Of a stretch of DNA of 54,561 bases, positions 18,435-27,600 are shown piece by piece. The position numbers and the translations under genes were made by a program. The notes beneath the pieces are model-generated. The model had not been told where the DNA came from. It did no database searches and saw nothing but the letters and a program-made list of their open reading frames with translations. This DNA comes from a virus (taxonomy: Duplodnaviria > Caudoviricetes). The DNA is taken from positions 1 to 54,561 of the IMG/VR virus record IMGVR_UViG_3300009103_000042; one strand, 5' to 3'. Numbering within the stretch: position 1 is the first letter of the stretch; every line of letters starts with the position of its first letter.

Positions 18435-19578
18435 ATTTAATAATATAACTGTACAAAAAACTAAAAAACCTGAGATAAATTATCCCATAGTAACTTCTGA
18501 AAAAAAGGGGAAATTAATTATATCTTCAGAATTAAAAAGCCAAATAGATTTATTTCATCTTATAGCTGGAAGTACAGAATGGTCCGGTATTCTTCTATAT
18601 AACGTAACAAAGGGAGATATTGAAAATCCAAAAGATCTGTTAATAGAAACTAAAGCGATGTTTCCTATGGATATAGGAACTCCAGGATATACAGAATATG
18701 ACTATGATGAGAGAGTATTAGATATGTATGATTTATATCCTAATGCTTTAACAGAAGAATGGAGATTAGGACATATTCATACTCATCACAACATGGGTGC
18801 CTATTTTTCAGGGACTGATCTTCAAGAATTAAAAGATAACATAGATAACCATGCGTACTATTTGTCATTGATAGTCAATTTTGAGGGAAAATATTGTGCT
18901 AAATTGTGTGTCAAAGCCGAAAGGAATATGACTCAGAAAAGTACTTTAAAATACTCAGGGCTATTTTCAGATAAAGAGAATGATTTAACTTTAAATTCTG
19001 AGAAGAAAGAATCTATAGTCTATAGTGTGGATCTTGATATTGAATTACCTCAAGAAGAAGAAAATTCTATTTCTTTTATAGGAGAAATTATAAAACTAAA
19101 GAATACTTCTAAAAAAGGTAATTATAGTTGGGGGAATTCTAGTAGTGATTATAGAAGAAATTCTACTATTAATCTAGATACAGGAAAACAAGTAAGTCTA
19201 TGGGATGATGTAATGACGGATGGTGAAGCATATGTTAATGAAGTTGATACTATTACTTCATTTCTATGTAAAGTAATAACCGTAGATCCTGAATCTAAAC
19301 TAGACAAAGGAGAGACTTTTAAAGAATTCCTATCTAAATATAATAAGAAGTACCTTAATATGACTTCTGGTGATAAAGTTTCTTATCATAGTTATATGAA
19401 TGATAATATATGGAATATAGCTCAAAATACCGCAAGAGATGAAAGTTATTATGCTGAAGAAAATCTTCTAGAAGATTCTATTAAGTATCTAAAAATCTTT
19501 AAAGGAGTTTCAGTTTTGGCAAGTACTTTAGACGAGGTAATAAAAGACTGTTTAAATGAATTTGGTTCAACCTTTTAA
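18421..19578 (+). CDS. JAB/MPN+ (JAMM) metalloprotease
   Basis: E53 (EWSG) and H120-T-H122-x7-S130-x2-D133 (GHIHTHHNMGAYFSGTD), an exact JAMM motif. Confidence 0.9.
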   Translation: MNYNKFNNITVQKTKKPEINYPIVTSEKKGKLIISSELKSQIDLFHLIAGSTEWSGILLYNVTKGDIENPKDLLIETKAMFPMDIGTPGYTEYDYDERVLDMYDLYPNALTEEWRLGHIHTHHNMGAYFSGTDLQELKDNIDNHAYYLSLIVNFEGKYCAKLCVKAERNMTQKSTLKYSGLFSDKENDLTLNSEKKESIVYSVDLDIELPQEEENSISFIGEIIKLKNTSKKGNYSWGNSSSDYRRNSTINLDTGKQVSLWDDVMTDGEAYVNEVDTITSFLCKVITVDPESKLDKGETFKEFLSKYNKKYLNMTSGDKVSYHSYMNDNIWNIAQNTARDESYYAEENLLEDSIKYLKIFKGVSVLASTLDEVIKDCLNEFGSTF

Positions 19579-19588
19579 ATAAATAAAA

Positions 19589-20266
19589 ATGACAGAAAGG
19601 ACTATAAATCCAAGGAGTGTTAGATTTTCTGATGCTCCTTGGTATCGTCCTGATATAGATGTAATAATAGGAGGAGCTGGGGGAATTGGTTCCTGGCTTT
19701 CCCTATTCTTGGGGAGACAAGAATGTAATATTTATCTATATGATGACGATGTAATAGACGAAACTAATCTAGGAGGTCAATTATATTCTACTAATATGAT
19801 TGGTAAGACTAAAGCAGATGCTACTGCAGATCTTGTAAGTCAATTTGCAAGCAATTCAATAGAGAAAATGGGAAAATACACTAATACGTCAATGACATGT
19901 CCTGCAGTATTTGCTTGTTTTGATAATATGGAAGCTAGAAAAATTATGTTTAATAATTGGGCTAGTTCTCCTAAAAAGCAAATTTTTATAGATGGCAGAA
20001 TGTTAGCTGAAAATTTTCAAATTATTGCAGTCACCTCTAAAGATATAGATAGATACCAAAAAGAAGAACTTTTTGATGATGCTGAGGTAGAGGAAGAAAG
20101 ATGTTCTATGAAAGCTACTTCTCACTGCGGAGCTTTAGTAGCAGGGTATATGGTATCTGTATTTAATAATTATGTATCAAATTACTTAGAAAAAGGAAAT
20201 TTTAGAGAGATTCCTTTTAAAATGTATTATGATCTTCCAACATTAACTAATACTATTAAGATATGA
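19589..20266 (+). CDS. ThiF/MoeB/E1-family adenylyltransferase (Ubl-activating enzyme)
   Basis: GAGGIGS, DDDVIDETNLGGQ, K, CFDNMEAR, IDGRM; candidate catalytic Cys172 (ERCSMK); no CxxC Zn pairs. Confidence 0.9.
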   Translation: MTERTINPRSVRFSDAPWYRPDIDVIIGGAGGIGSWLSLFLGRQECNIYLYDDDVIDETNLGGQLYSTNMIGKTKADATADLVSQFASNSIEKMGKYTNTSMTCPAVFACFDNMEARKIMFNNWASSPKKQIFIDGRMLAENFQIIAVTSKDIDRYQKEELFDDAEVEEERCSMKATSHCGALVAGYMVSVFNNYVSNYLEKGNFREIPFKMYYDLPTLTNTIKI

Positions 20267-21330
20267 ATACAGTTGCTAGAAAGAAATTAGATTTAGAAAG
20301 AGTAGACTTAGGTGTAGGTACTCCTTGGAATTTAGAGGGAAGTAATAGACACACAAGGAGTATTAATATCCAGGAGAGCAGTATGATGGGGAATAAACAA
20401 AATAATATAGTTCCTTTTTTCATATTAGAGAGACCGATATACCGTAATACTTTTGCAAGTCGCAATATAGTAGATTACAATGGCTATTATTCTAGTGGTG
20501 GGTATACCTGTACACTTTCTGAAATAGTATCTACAGAGAAATTATCTAAATACCCTATTTTAGAAGATAAATATCATGATATTTTGGTACAAAATATTAG
20601 ACTTATGATTCGAGAAAATGGTGGTAGTGAAGATATAAAATCAATTGAAAATATTTTAGATCTAAAAACTGAGATAATTGATATAATAGAAGACCTTAAA
20701 ACAGTTTTTAAGTTATCTAGTATAAATAAAGAATCTTTAGTAAAATCTTTTGATTATTATGCTGTGCCTGAGGATACTACTTTATCAGCAGTATATAGGT
20801 ATAGGACGTATAAAGATGGTCTCCTTCATTTTCTACAAAGTAATGGATGGTATAGTTTAACAACAAAAACAGTAATAGATGGAAATCTTTTACGATACCT
20901 AATAGGTCCTTATTTTCTAGGAGATGTTACTAGAAAAGGAATTGATCCCTTAGTTGTTTTAGTTACTAGGCCAGAATATCTTAGTTATATAGATTATTCC
21001 CTTAGTCTCTCTAAAGAGATAGATCCTAGAATTTTTCAAATATGGGTTAATCCTAAATTTGATGTTCCTAGAAGTAAATGGAAAGGAATTAGACCTTTAA
21101 TTAGAAAAGAATTCTTAATTCCATTTCACAAGGCAGGAGTTCCCATAATTGAAAAAGAAGACTTTAGTGAATTATTTTCTAAAATAGAAGTTCCTGTAAT
21201 GGAAAATATAGGGGATTATAAAAAATGGATAAAAAATTGTTCAAAAGATACTATGTCTTTATTGAGAGAAGACAACTGTATTATTCCTGCTAATGAAGTG
21301 GTAGGAGGAGGCCAAATGTTAGAAATATAA
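20263..21330 (+). CDS. Hypothetical protein coupled to the E1 gene
   Basis: 355-aa ORF with ATGA overlap onto the E1 stop. Confidence 0.7.
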   Translation: MNTVARKKLDLERVDLGVGTPWNLEGSNRHTRSINIQESSMMGNKQNNIVPFFILERPIYRNTFASRNIVDYNGYYSSGGYTCTLSEIVSTEKLSKYPILEDKYHDILVQNIRLMIRENGGSEDIKSIENILDLKTEIIDIIEDLKTVFKLSSINKESLVKSFDYYAVPEDTTLSAVYRYRTYKDGLLHFLQSNGWYSLTTKTVIDGNLLRYLIGPYFLGDVTRKGIDPLVVLVTRPEYLSYIDYSLSLSKEIDPRIFQIWVNPKFDVPRSKWKGIRPLIRKEFLIPFHKAGVPIIEKEDFSELFSKIEVPVMENIGDYKKWIKNCSKDTMSLLREDNCIIPANEVVGGGQMLEI

Positions 21331-21364
21331 ATAAATTAAAAATTAATCAATTATTATTTTAAAA

Positions 21365-21778
21365 ATGAGTAAAACAATTGAAATTAAGCTTTCTGGAGTC
21401 CTTCAGGATTTAAAAGATGGCTACACTAGACTTAAAACAGATAAAAACTATGACCCTAAAATAGGGAGTATTCAAGAAAAATATGGACTTAATGGAATCC
21501 AGGTGTTTGAGTTATTTAAGCATGAAAAATTAAAAGGTAAAAAGACCATAATAAAGAAAGAACCTGCATTTCTATTAATAGATGATATAGACTCTCCAGT
21601 AGAGGAAGTATCAGTAGAAGTTGTAGAGGAAGTAGAAGAAACGACATCTCAGGAAAATAATGATATTAACGAGGTATCCACTCCTGATACACAGACATCA
21701 ACAGACATAGATGATGCAGCTGAAGAAGCGGAAGCAGAACCAGTTGAGACTATTAACGAAGAGGATTCTTGGTTATAG
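21365..21778 (+). CDS. Hypothetical protein with long acidic tail
   Basis: Compact N-domain plus E/D/T-rich tail ending EEDSWL. Confidence 0.7.
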   Translation: MSKTIEIKLSGVLQDLKDGYTRLKTDKNYDPKIGSIQEKYGLNGIQVFELFKHEKLKGKKTIIKKEPAFLLIDDIDSPVEEVSVEVVEEVEETTSQENNDINEVSTPDTQTSTDIDDAAEEAEAEPVETINEEDSWL

Positions 21779-21788
21779 GTCAGGAGAT

Positions 21789-21824
21789 GAGGGGAGAGGC
21801 AATTTCGTTCCTCCCCTCTTTTTT
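21789..21824 (+). terminator. Intrinsic terminator
   Basis: GAGGGGAG / CTCCCCTC stem followed by a T-run. Confidence 0.7.
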
Positions 21825-21849
21825 ATTAATGTTTAAATTTAAAATTAAA

Positions 21850-22836
21850 ATGGATATAGAAAGTAAAAGTATAAATATAGTTAAAGAATATAGAGCAACA
21901 GATGCTATTAATTATTCATCACTATCAGCATTAGCTACAAGTCCTCAAGCATATCAGACAAAAGATCAAATTGAAGGAATTCCAGCATTTAGAAAAGGAT
22001 CTGCAGTAGATTGTTTATTAACTACTCCAGATGATTTTCATTCGGAGTTTTATGTTATGAATAAAAATAAAATGCCTTCAGATGCAATGGTAAGATATAT
22101 TGATGAGTATTTTAAAACAAATGACCATAATAAAGCCTATATAGAATCTGGATATAAAACAAAAGCAGAGTCTATCAAAGAGAGGTTTGAGACAGAAGGA
22201 ATGGAATATTATAATGCTCTGAAAGATTCTAGAGGGAAAACATTACTGTCATTTGATGAATATGAACAAGTACAAAGAGCTGTAAATCAAATACTAAATG
22301 GAGAATTTACTAAAAAATATTTTTCTAAGCAGAGAGAAGGTGTAGAAATATTTTATCAGTATCCTATTTATTGGGAAATAATGGGACAAAAATGTAAGTC
22401 TCTTTTGGATATCTTAGTAGTAGATCATAATAGAAAAGAAATTTCTCCAATAGATTTGAAAACGACAGGAAAAAGTGCTTATTATTTCAGAGGAGCTTTT
22501 ATAAAATGGAAATATTATTTACAGGCTGCTTTTTATACAGAAGCAGTTAATTGTTGGAAAAATAAGAATCCCAAATTAGAAAATTATAAAATTAATAATT
22601 TTAAATTTTTAGTAGTAGAAACTTCTGGGTTTAATCCTCCTATGATATATCAAGCCAATACTAATGATCTAGATATAGGGACAAATGGAGGATTTGATAA
22701 ACAAGGATATAGAGTTAAGGGATTTGTACAATTAATAGATGATCTTTGTTACCATGAAGAGACTGGAAATTGGGATTTTCCTAGAGAAATGTATGAAAAT
22801 AACGGAGTAGCAATTTTAGATACTATGGAAAGATGA
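21850..22836 (+). CDS. PD-(D/E)XK exonuclease (RecE/ExoVIII, DUF3799-like)
   Basis: INYSSL, GSAVD, KSLLD...IDLKTT and YYLQAAFY. Start at ATG 21850, after the terminator, preferred over 21769. Confidence 0.8.
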   Translation: MDIESKSINIVKEYRATDAINYSSLSALATSPQAYQTKDQIEGIPAFRKGSAVDCLLTTPDDFHSEFYVMNKNKMPSDAMVRYIDEYFKTNDHNKAYIESGYKTKAESIKERFETEGMEYYNALKDSRGKTLLSFDEYEQVQRAVNQILNGEFTKKYFSKQREGVEIFYQYPIYWEIMGQKCKSLLDILVVDHNRKEISPIDLKTTGKSAYYFRGAFIKWKYYLQAAFYTEAVNCWKNKNPKLENYKINNFKFLVVETSGFNPPMIYQANTNDLDIGTNGGFDKQGYRVKGFVQLIDDLCYHEETGNWDFPREMYENNGVAILDTMER

Positions 22837-23390
22837 AAATAAAAAAGACAAAAAGTTATTCGTATATATTACCCATGCTTATGCATGAAATACCTGGTAT
22901 TAAAAGTAGTTTATCCCAGTTAAAAAATGTATTTATTGCAGACGAGAATTATCCTTTCTTAGATAAACATATATTTCTTCTTTATGAATTTACAGGAGAA
23001 ACATGGTTTTTAGAATATGAAGAAATGGCTAAAAATTCTTCAATACATGAATTAACAGAGGATAAAGATAAATTCCATGTTATGATGGTATTTGAAGTCC
23101 CTGAAGAATATTTAAATGATTATAAATTATTTAAGGCTTCTAAGTACTCAAAAATGAAAGATGAGTATAAAGAGATTATAAAGAAATTTCATAATCTTCA
23201 CTCAGATCATCCTATATTGGATGTTTTATATAAAAGAGAAAGAGCATATTCTTCCCTAGAAGAAAAATTAAATGTAAAAATTCCTAGGGATCAAGAGGCT
23301 TCATCTGTCTTAAATATAAAGAATGAAACTTATTTTAATACTATGAAAAAAGAAGATCCTATGAAAACTGCATGGGAACTTAAGGTTTAA
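22833..23390 (+). CDS. Phage hypothetical protein
   Basis: 185-aa ORF with ATGA overlap onto the exonuclease. Confidence 0.7.
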   Translation: MKIKKTKSYSYILPMLMHEIPGIKSSLSQLKNVFIADENYPFLDKHIFLLYEFTGETWFLEYEEMAKNSSIHELTEDKDKFHVMMVFEVPEEYLNDYKLFKASKYSKMKDEYKEIIKKFHNLHSDHPILDVLYKRERAYSSLEEKLNVKIPRDQEASSVLNIKNETYFNTMKKEDPMKTAWELKV

Positions 23391-23620
23391 TATATCTGCT
23401 GAAGACAAACAGACGCTCTAATTAGGCTTAGCCATAGAGGAGTAAGTTAATCATGCCAAGATGATGTTGTTTGTTGTAAGATAGCTAAATAGTATCCATT
23501 ATCGGAACTAACTATTTCACTTGGAAATGGACAGATATATTATATAACAAGAGGAGGAGAAAGCTGCTATGGACCCATAGCTTATCTTACGAGGATCAGG
23601 TTAGTATCCTCCTTATTGTT
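23391..23620 (+). ncRNA. Candidate structured ncRNA / cis-regulatory RNA
   Basis: TATATCTG(23391)/CAGATATA(23532) encloses ACAAACA/TGTTTGT, CTCTA/TAGAG and AAATAGT/ACTATTT. A second domain GGAGGA/TCCTCC encloses GCTATG-GACC-CATAGC. Confidence 0.4.
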
Positions 23621-23638
23621 TAATTTAAATTTGAAATT

Positions 23639-23785
23639 ATGATAAATGAAATCTTACAGTGGGTAGTATTACTATATTTAGTATATATTGCAGTTAAATT
23701 AAGTGGTAATATGGTTAATGTTAGAAGATCTTTTAAGATGGTTTATCATATGCTACGAGATGAAAATAAATCTAAAAAAAAATGA
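23639..23785 (+). CDS. Small membrane protein (48 aa, not in ORF track)
   Basis: Hand translation MINEILQWVVLLYLVYIAVKLSG...KSKKK*; ATGA overlap with the next ORF. Confidence 0.55.
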   Translation: MINEILQWVVLLYLVYIAVKLSGNMVNVRRSFKMVYHMLRDENKSKKK

Positions 23786-23937
23786 GTCTAAAAATAAATC
23801 ATAAATTATTAGCAAGAATTAGAGAAGCAAAAAACAGAGATATTGAGAGAATAGGATATAGTATAAATTATGAGCACTTGGGGAGAGTTCTAGAAGCAAA
23901 AGAAAAAGAACTACAGTGTAAAACTATATTAAAATGA
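23782..23937 (+). CDS. Small hypothetical protein (51 aa, not in ORF track)
   Basis: Hand translation MSLKINHKLLARIREAK...TILK*; ATGA overlaps on both sides. Confidence 0.55.
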   Translation: MSLKINHKLLARIREAKNRDIERIGYSINYEHLGRVLEAKEKELQCKTILK

Positions 23938-24626
23938 ATAAATTAAGAGAAACATTTGGCGAAGGATGGTATGACTTATTAGAAGATATCTTAATCTCTG
24001 AGAAATTTAGAGAAATAGGATTCTTCCTTAAAAATAATAAGAAACAATATTATCCTGAAAGAAGTAAAATCTTTAGAGCATTTGAATTATGTCCTTTAGA
24101 TAATCTAAAAGTAGTGATTCTTGGACAAGATCCTTATCACGATGGGAGTGCTACAGGCCTCGCATTTAGCAATGAGGATGAATATAAGAGCATTTCTCCG
24201 TCTTTGAGGAATATCTTCAAGGAAGTGGAAGAAGATGTCTATGAAGGCTTTAAATTAGAGCAAGACAGTAATTTAGATAGATGGGCTGAACAAGGAGTAT
24301 TACTTCTTAATACAGCTCTTACAGTGGAAAAAGGTAAACCGGGTTCTCATGCTGAGGTATGGAATGAGTTTACTAGAACTGTATTAAAAAGAATATCTGA
24401 TACCGTCCCTGCAGTAGTTTATATGCTATGGGGAAAACATGCTAAAGGTTATCTAGATTGTATAAGTAGAGATACAAATTTTATCTTAGCTTCTGCACAT
24501 CCCTCCCCCTTTTCAGCAGGTAGGGGATTTTTTGGCAACAAACATTTTAGCAAATGTAACTTAGCTTTAAAAGAAGTAGCAATTGCTAAAGAAGAGGATG
24601 CCGTTTCTTATGAAATACAATGGTAA
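23934..24626 (+). CDS. ung: Uracil-DNA glycosylase, family 1
   Basis: GQDPYH, GLAFS, PSLRNI, QGVLLLN, LWG and HPSP motifs. Confidence 0.97.
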   Translation: MNKLRETFGEGWYDLLEDILISEKFREIGFFLKNNKKQYYPERSKIFRAFELCPLDNLKVVILGQDPYHDGSATGLAFSNEDEYKSISPSLRNIFKEVEEDVYEGFKLEQDSNLDRWAEQGVLLLNTALTVEKGKPGSHAEVWNEFTRTVLKRISDTVPAVVYMLWGKHAKGYLDCISRDTNFILASAHPSPFSAGRGFFGNKHFSKCNLALKEVAIAKEEDAVSYEIQW

Positions 24627-24630
24627 ATAT

Positions 24631-24660
24631 AGAGTCCTTTCTTTTGAGAGGACTCTTTTT
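24631..24660. terminator. Terminator at the convergent strand switch
   Basis: AGAGTCCT / AGGACTCT stem plus T-run between ung and the minus-strand block. Confidence 0.7.
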
Positions 24661-24685
24661 ACATTTTTTTTCTCGTTGTCTTTTC

Positions 24686-27600
24686 TTAGTAAGGACTTTT
24701 CTTATCCTGTTCAAACATTTCTACTAATCTTCTTAATTGACTCATTCCAATAATCCACTGGCTAGAGTAATAAAAGAAGGGGGTTTTATCGTATGGATCA
24801 GGAGTTCCTGTTACAAAATGATATCCTTCATCCACAGTATTCTTAAGTGTTTTGTACACATCTGTTAATAAACCTGCCATTGGTAGAGGACTTTTTACTA
24901 GTCTAATTAACTCTGAAGGGGTGAGAGCAAAAGTTATTTCAGAATGTGCTCTATTTAATGTTTTATATAAAGTTCTTCCCAACCAAGTTTTCATATATCT
25001 AGGTTCATCATCATCTCCCTCAGCTCCTAAGAATGCTATTAGAGCTAAAAATCCAATTACTACTCTTGCTTCTACCAAAGCTGCTCTTACTTGTGCTTGT
25101 TTTACTTCTAAAAAAGCTTCAAAAGTTAGATTTTTAGCTTCTTCTGGATTTTCTAGTTTCCATTTATTATAAAACAATTTTGCTCTTTTTTCATCTACTC
25201 TTCCTAAAAGTCCCTGTGCATATCCAAAAGTTCCTAAATCAATAGTTAAACGAACAAGGTTAGGTACAACTACATTTCCTATAAACTTCATTAGTCCCAT
25301 TCCATCTTCATATTGAAATTCAGAAAAAACAGCCTGATATCTTCCATATCTAGCAGCATCTATTCTTTCATCAAAGTAAAGAGTACCAAATCTTTCTTTA
25401 AGTAATCCCGGCATCCATGTTTTAAACTGCATTACTAGATTTGCCCATAGATTTAAATTGGCATAGTTAGTATCCTCCTCTGATATTGCACCTTTTATAC
25501 TAACAGAAGTTGCTTTTGCTGCATTTCTAAAAGCCATATATCCATTTTGAGTAATACCATCTACAGATATCTCTCCTGTCTCTTTATTAACTTTGAAACT
25601 TTCTGCTATAGATTTAGCACCTTCTGGTAAATTAGTTAGTCTTTTTAAGTTACCTTCTTTGTCGAACCCATAATTATGAGACATAGCTACTAGAACATGA
25701 TTATCTATATTTTCATCTGCTTTTCTTAAAGGAGAAAATAATGTTCTGGAATTTAACCATTCTACACTCTTCTTGGAGGTAAGTTCCATGGCTTTTCTAT
25801 AAGACATTTCTTCTACATGTATGTCAAAGAAATTAGAAATAGCCATATATTTCTCTCTTTCAGTGGCCCACATTTTCATAGTATCTGCCATTTGCTCTTC
25901 AGTGTAAGTAATTCCTTTTTTAGCCTCAAGATAAGCTGCTGTTCTACCTGCTATCCAAGCAGCAGTACCAGGAATTACTGCAAATCCTAATATCTTCATC
26001 CCAAAGAAATTCTTAGCTGCCAGCAAAGCTTTAGTAGAATTTACTTCTTTTCCCAGAATATTAGCCGTTGTTCCTCTTTGTGTGTATTTTATTCCATATA
26101 AATAAAAATCAGTAAATGCCTCAAATAATTTATACATATTAGAAGCTTTTCCTTGAGATAATTCTGCCTTTTCTCCTAATACATCTTTTAAAATATTTCC
26201 TCTAGTTCCTTTTGCCATATGTTTTGTCTTTTCCATGGCAAGTTTTAATCCTAAAGTTTGAGCTTCTATTTCCTGCATATACTTATAGTTATATGCCATT
26301 TCTCCAAATAAATAAAGAGTTCTTCCTAAATCAAAAGATTTTTCGCTTAAGTTTACCTTACCATCTGCATTTAGAAACTTATTCAAATATAACTTAGGTA
26401 TCTTTTTTTCTATCTCCCCTGTTTGAGGATCTCTATATCCCATGAATTCATCTTCTTCTCTTACATTTAATGAATTTACAAATTCTCTCCCTGCTCCTGC
26501 TATATCAAATCCTCCATCTATCATTCTTTCCATCATTTCTCTCCTTATATTAGGTAAAAAATTTGGAGGAAGGTCTCTATAATTTACACCTAATATTTCT
26601 CTAAATATTAAATTATTTTTTTCAAACATCTCGTAGAAATCTAAGAGAGGCTTGTTATCTTTTATAAGTTTATATTGGGAAGAATAATTATTTTCTACTA
26701 CTTCTTCTTTAAGTTCTAGATGGTATCTATTTCTTTGATTTAACCAAGCATTATCGTACCTTTCTAAGTTCCATTCTTTTTCCCAATTTTTTAAGTCTCT
26801 TGCATATGCCTTTGACAGCTGCTGTTTACTTTTAAGTACATTTCCTGCCTTGTCTTTCCATACTTTTAGATTATTATGTTTGGCTTTTAAATATGCTTTT
26901 TGTTGATTTAACCTCTCATTATATTCCTCTTTCCATTCTTTTTTATTTTTAAATAAGTAAACAGATTTTAACCATTTAATATCTCTTGATTTTATAGCAT
27001 TATTATAAGTATCCCAAAACTCTTTAGACAGATGGCTATATAGATTCCCTGTTTCTTTATTTATTAATAGATCAAAAGTTTGTGTTTTATTATATCCTCT
27101 AGTTTTTCCCCAATTAAATAATGCATTTTGTTTATCTTCAATCTCTTGGCCTAGCATTTTTAATGCCTCTCTCTTTTTATATATAGCATTGTCTTTTAAT
27201 TCAGAGAATTTTTTAAAGATGGGATGAGAAAATTCAGATAATCTGCCAAACATTCTCTTCATAAAACCTTCTTCAGCTTGCGCTTTTAATTTTCCACTAG
27301 AATCTTTGTATTCTTCATTTATATCTGCAACACTTTCTTCTAATATTCTACTTTTTATCCTGGCTAAAGTTCTTTGTATTGCAGGCACATTATCATCTAT
27401 TATATCTTGTATTTCTTCTTTCTTATCTTTATCTGAAAGATCTTGGATCCATTCATCAGTACTTTCTATAATACCTCCATAGACATTAAGTTCTTTTTCT
27501 AATTCTTCTAATTCTTCTAAGGACATGTTTTCAGAATTTTCTTCAAAGTCCGTTATTAAGAAATCTATAACAGAATATAATTCTACAAAATTCTGTTCTA

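Noticed and set aside
19589-20266. ThiF as a thiamine/molybdopterin biosynthesis gene
   Set aside because: No ThiS/ThiG/MoaD/MoaE neighbours and no Zn CxxC pairs; the context is JAB plus E2-like.
2203-20465. Short minus-strand ORFs in the plus-strand block (2203, 4687, 8076, 9017, 9394, 10572, 20256)
   Set aside because: They overlap well-supported plus-strand genes.
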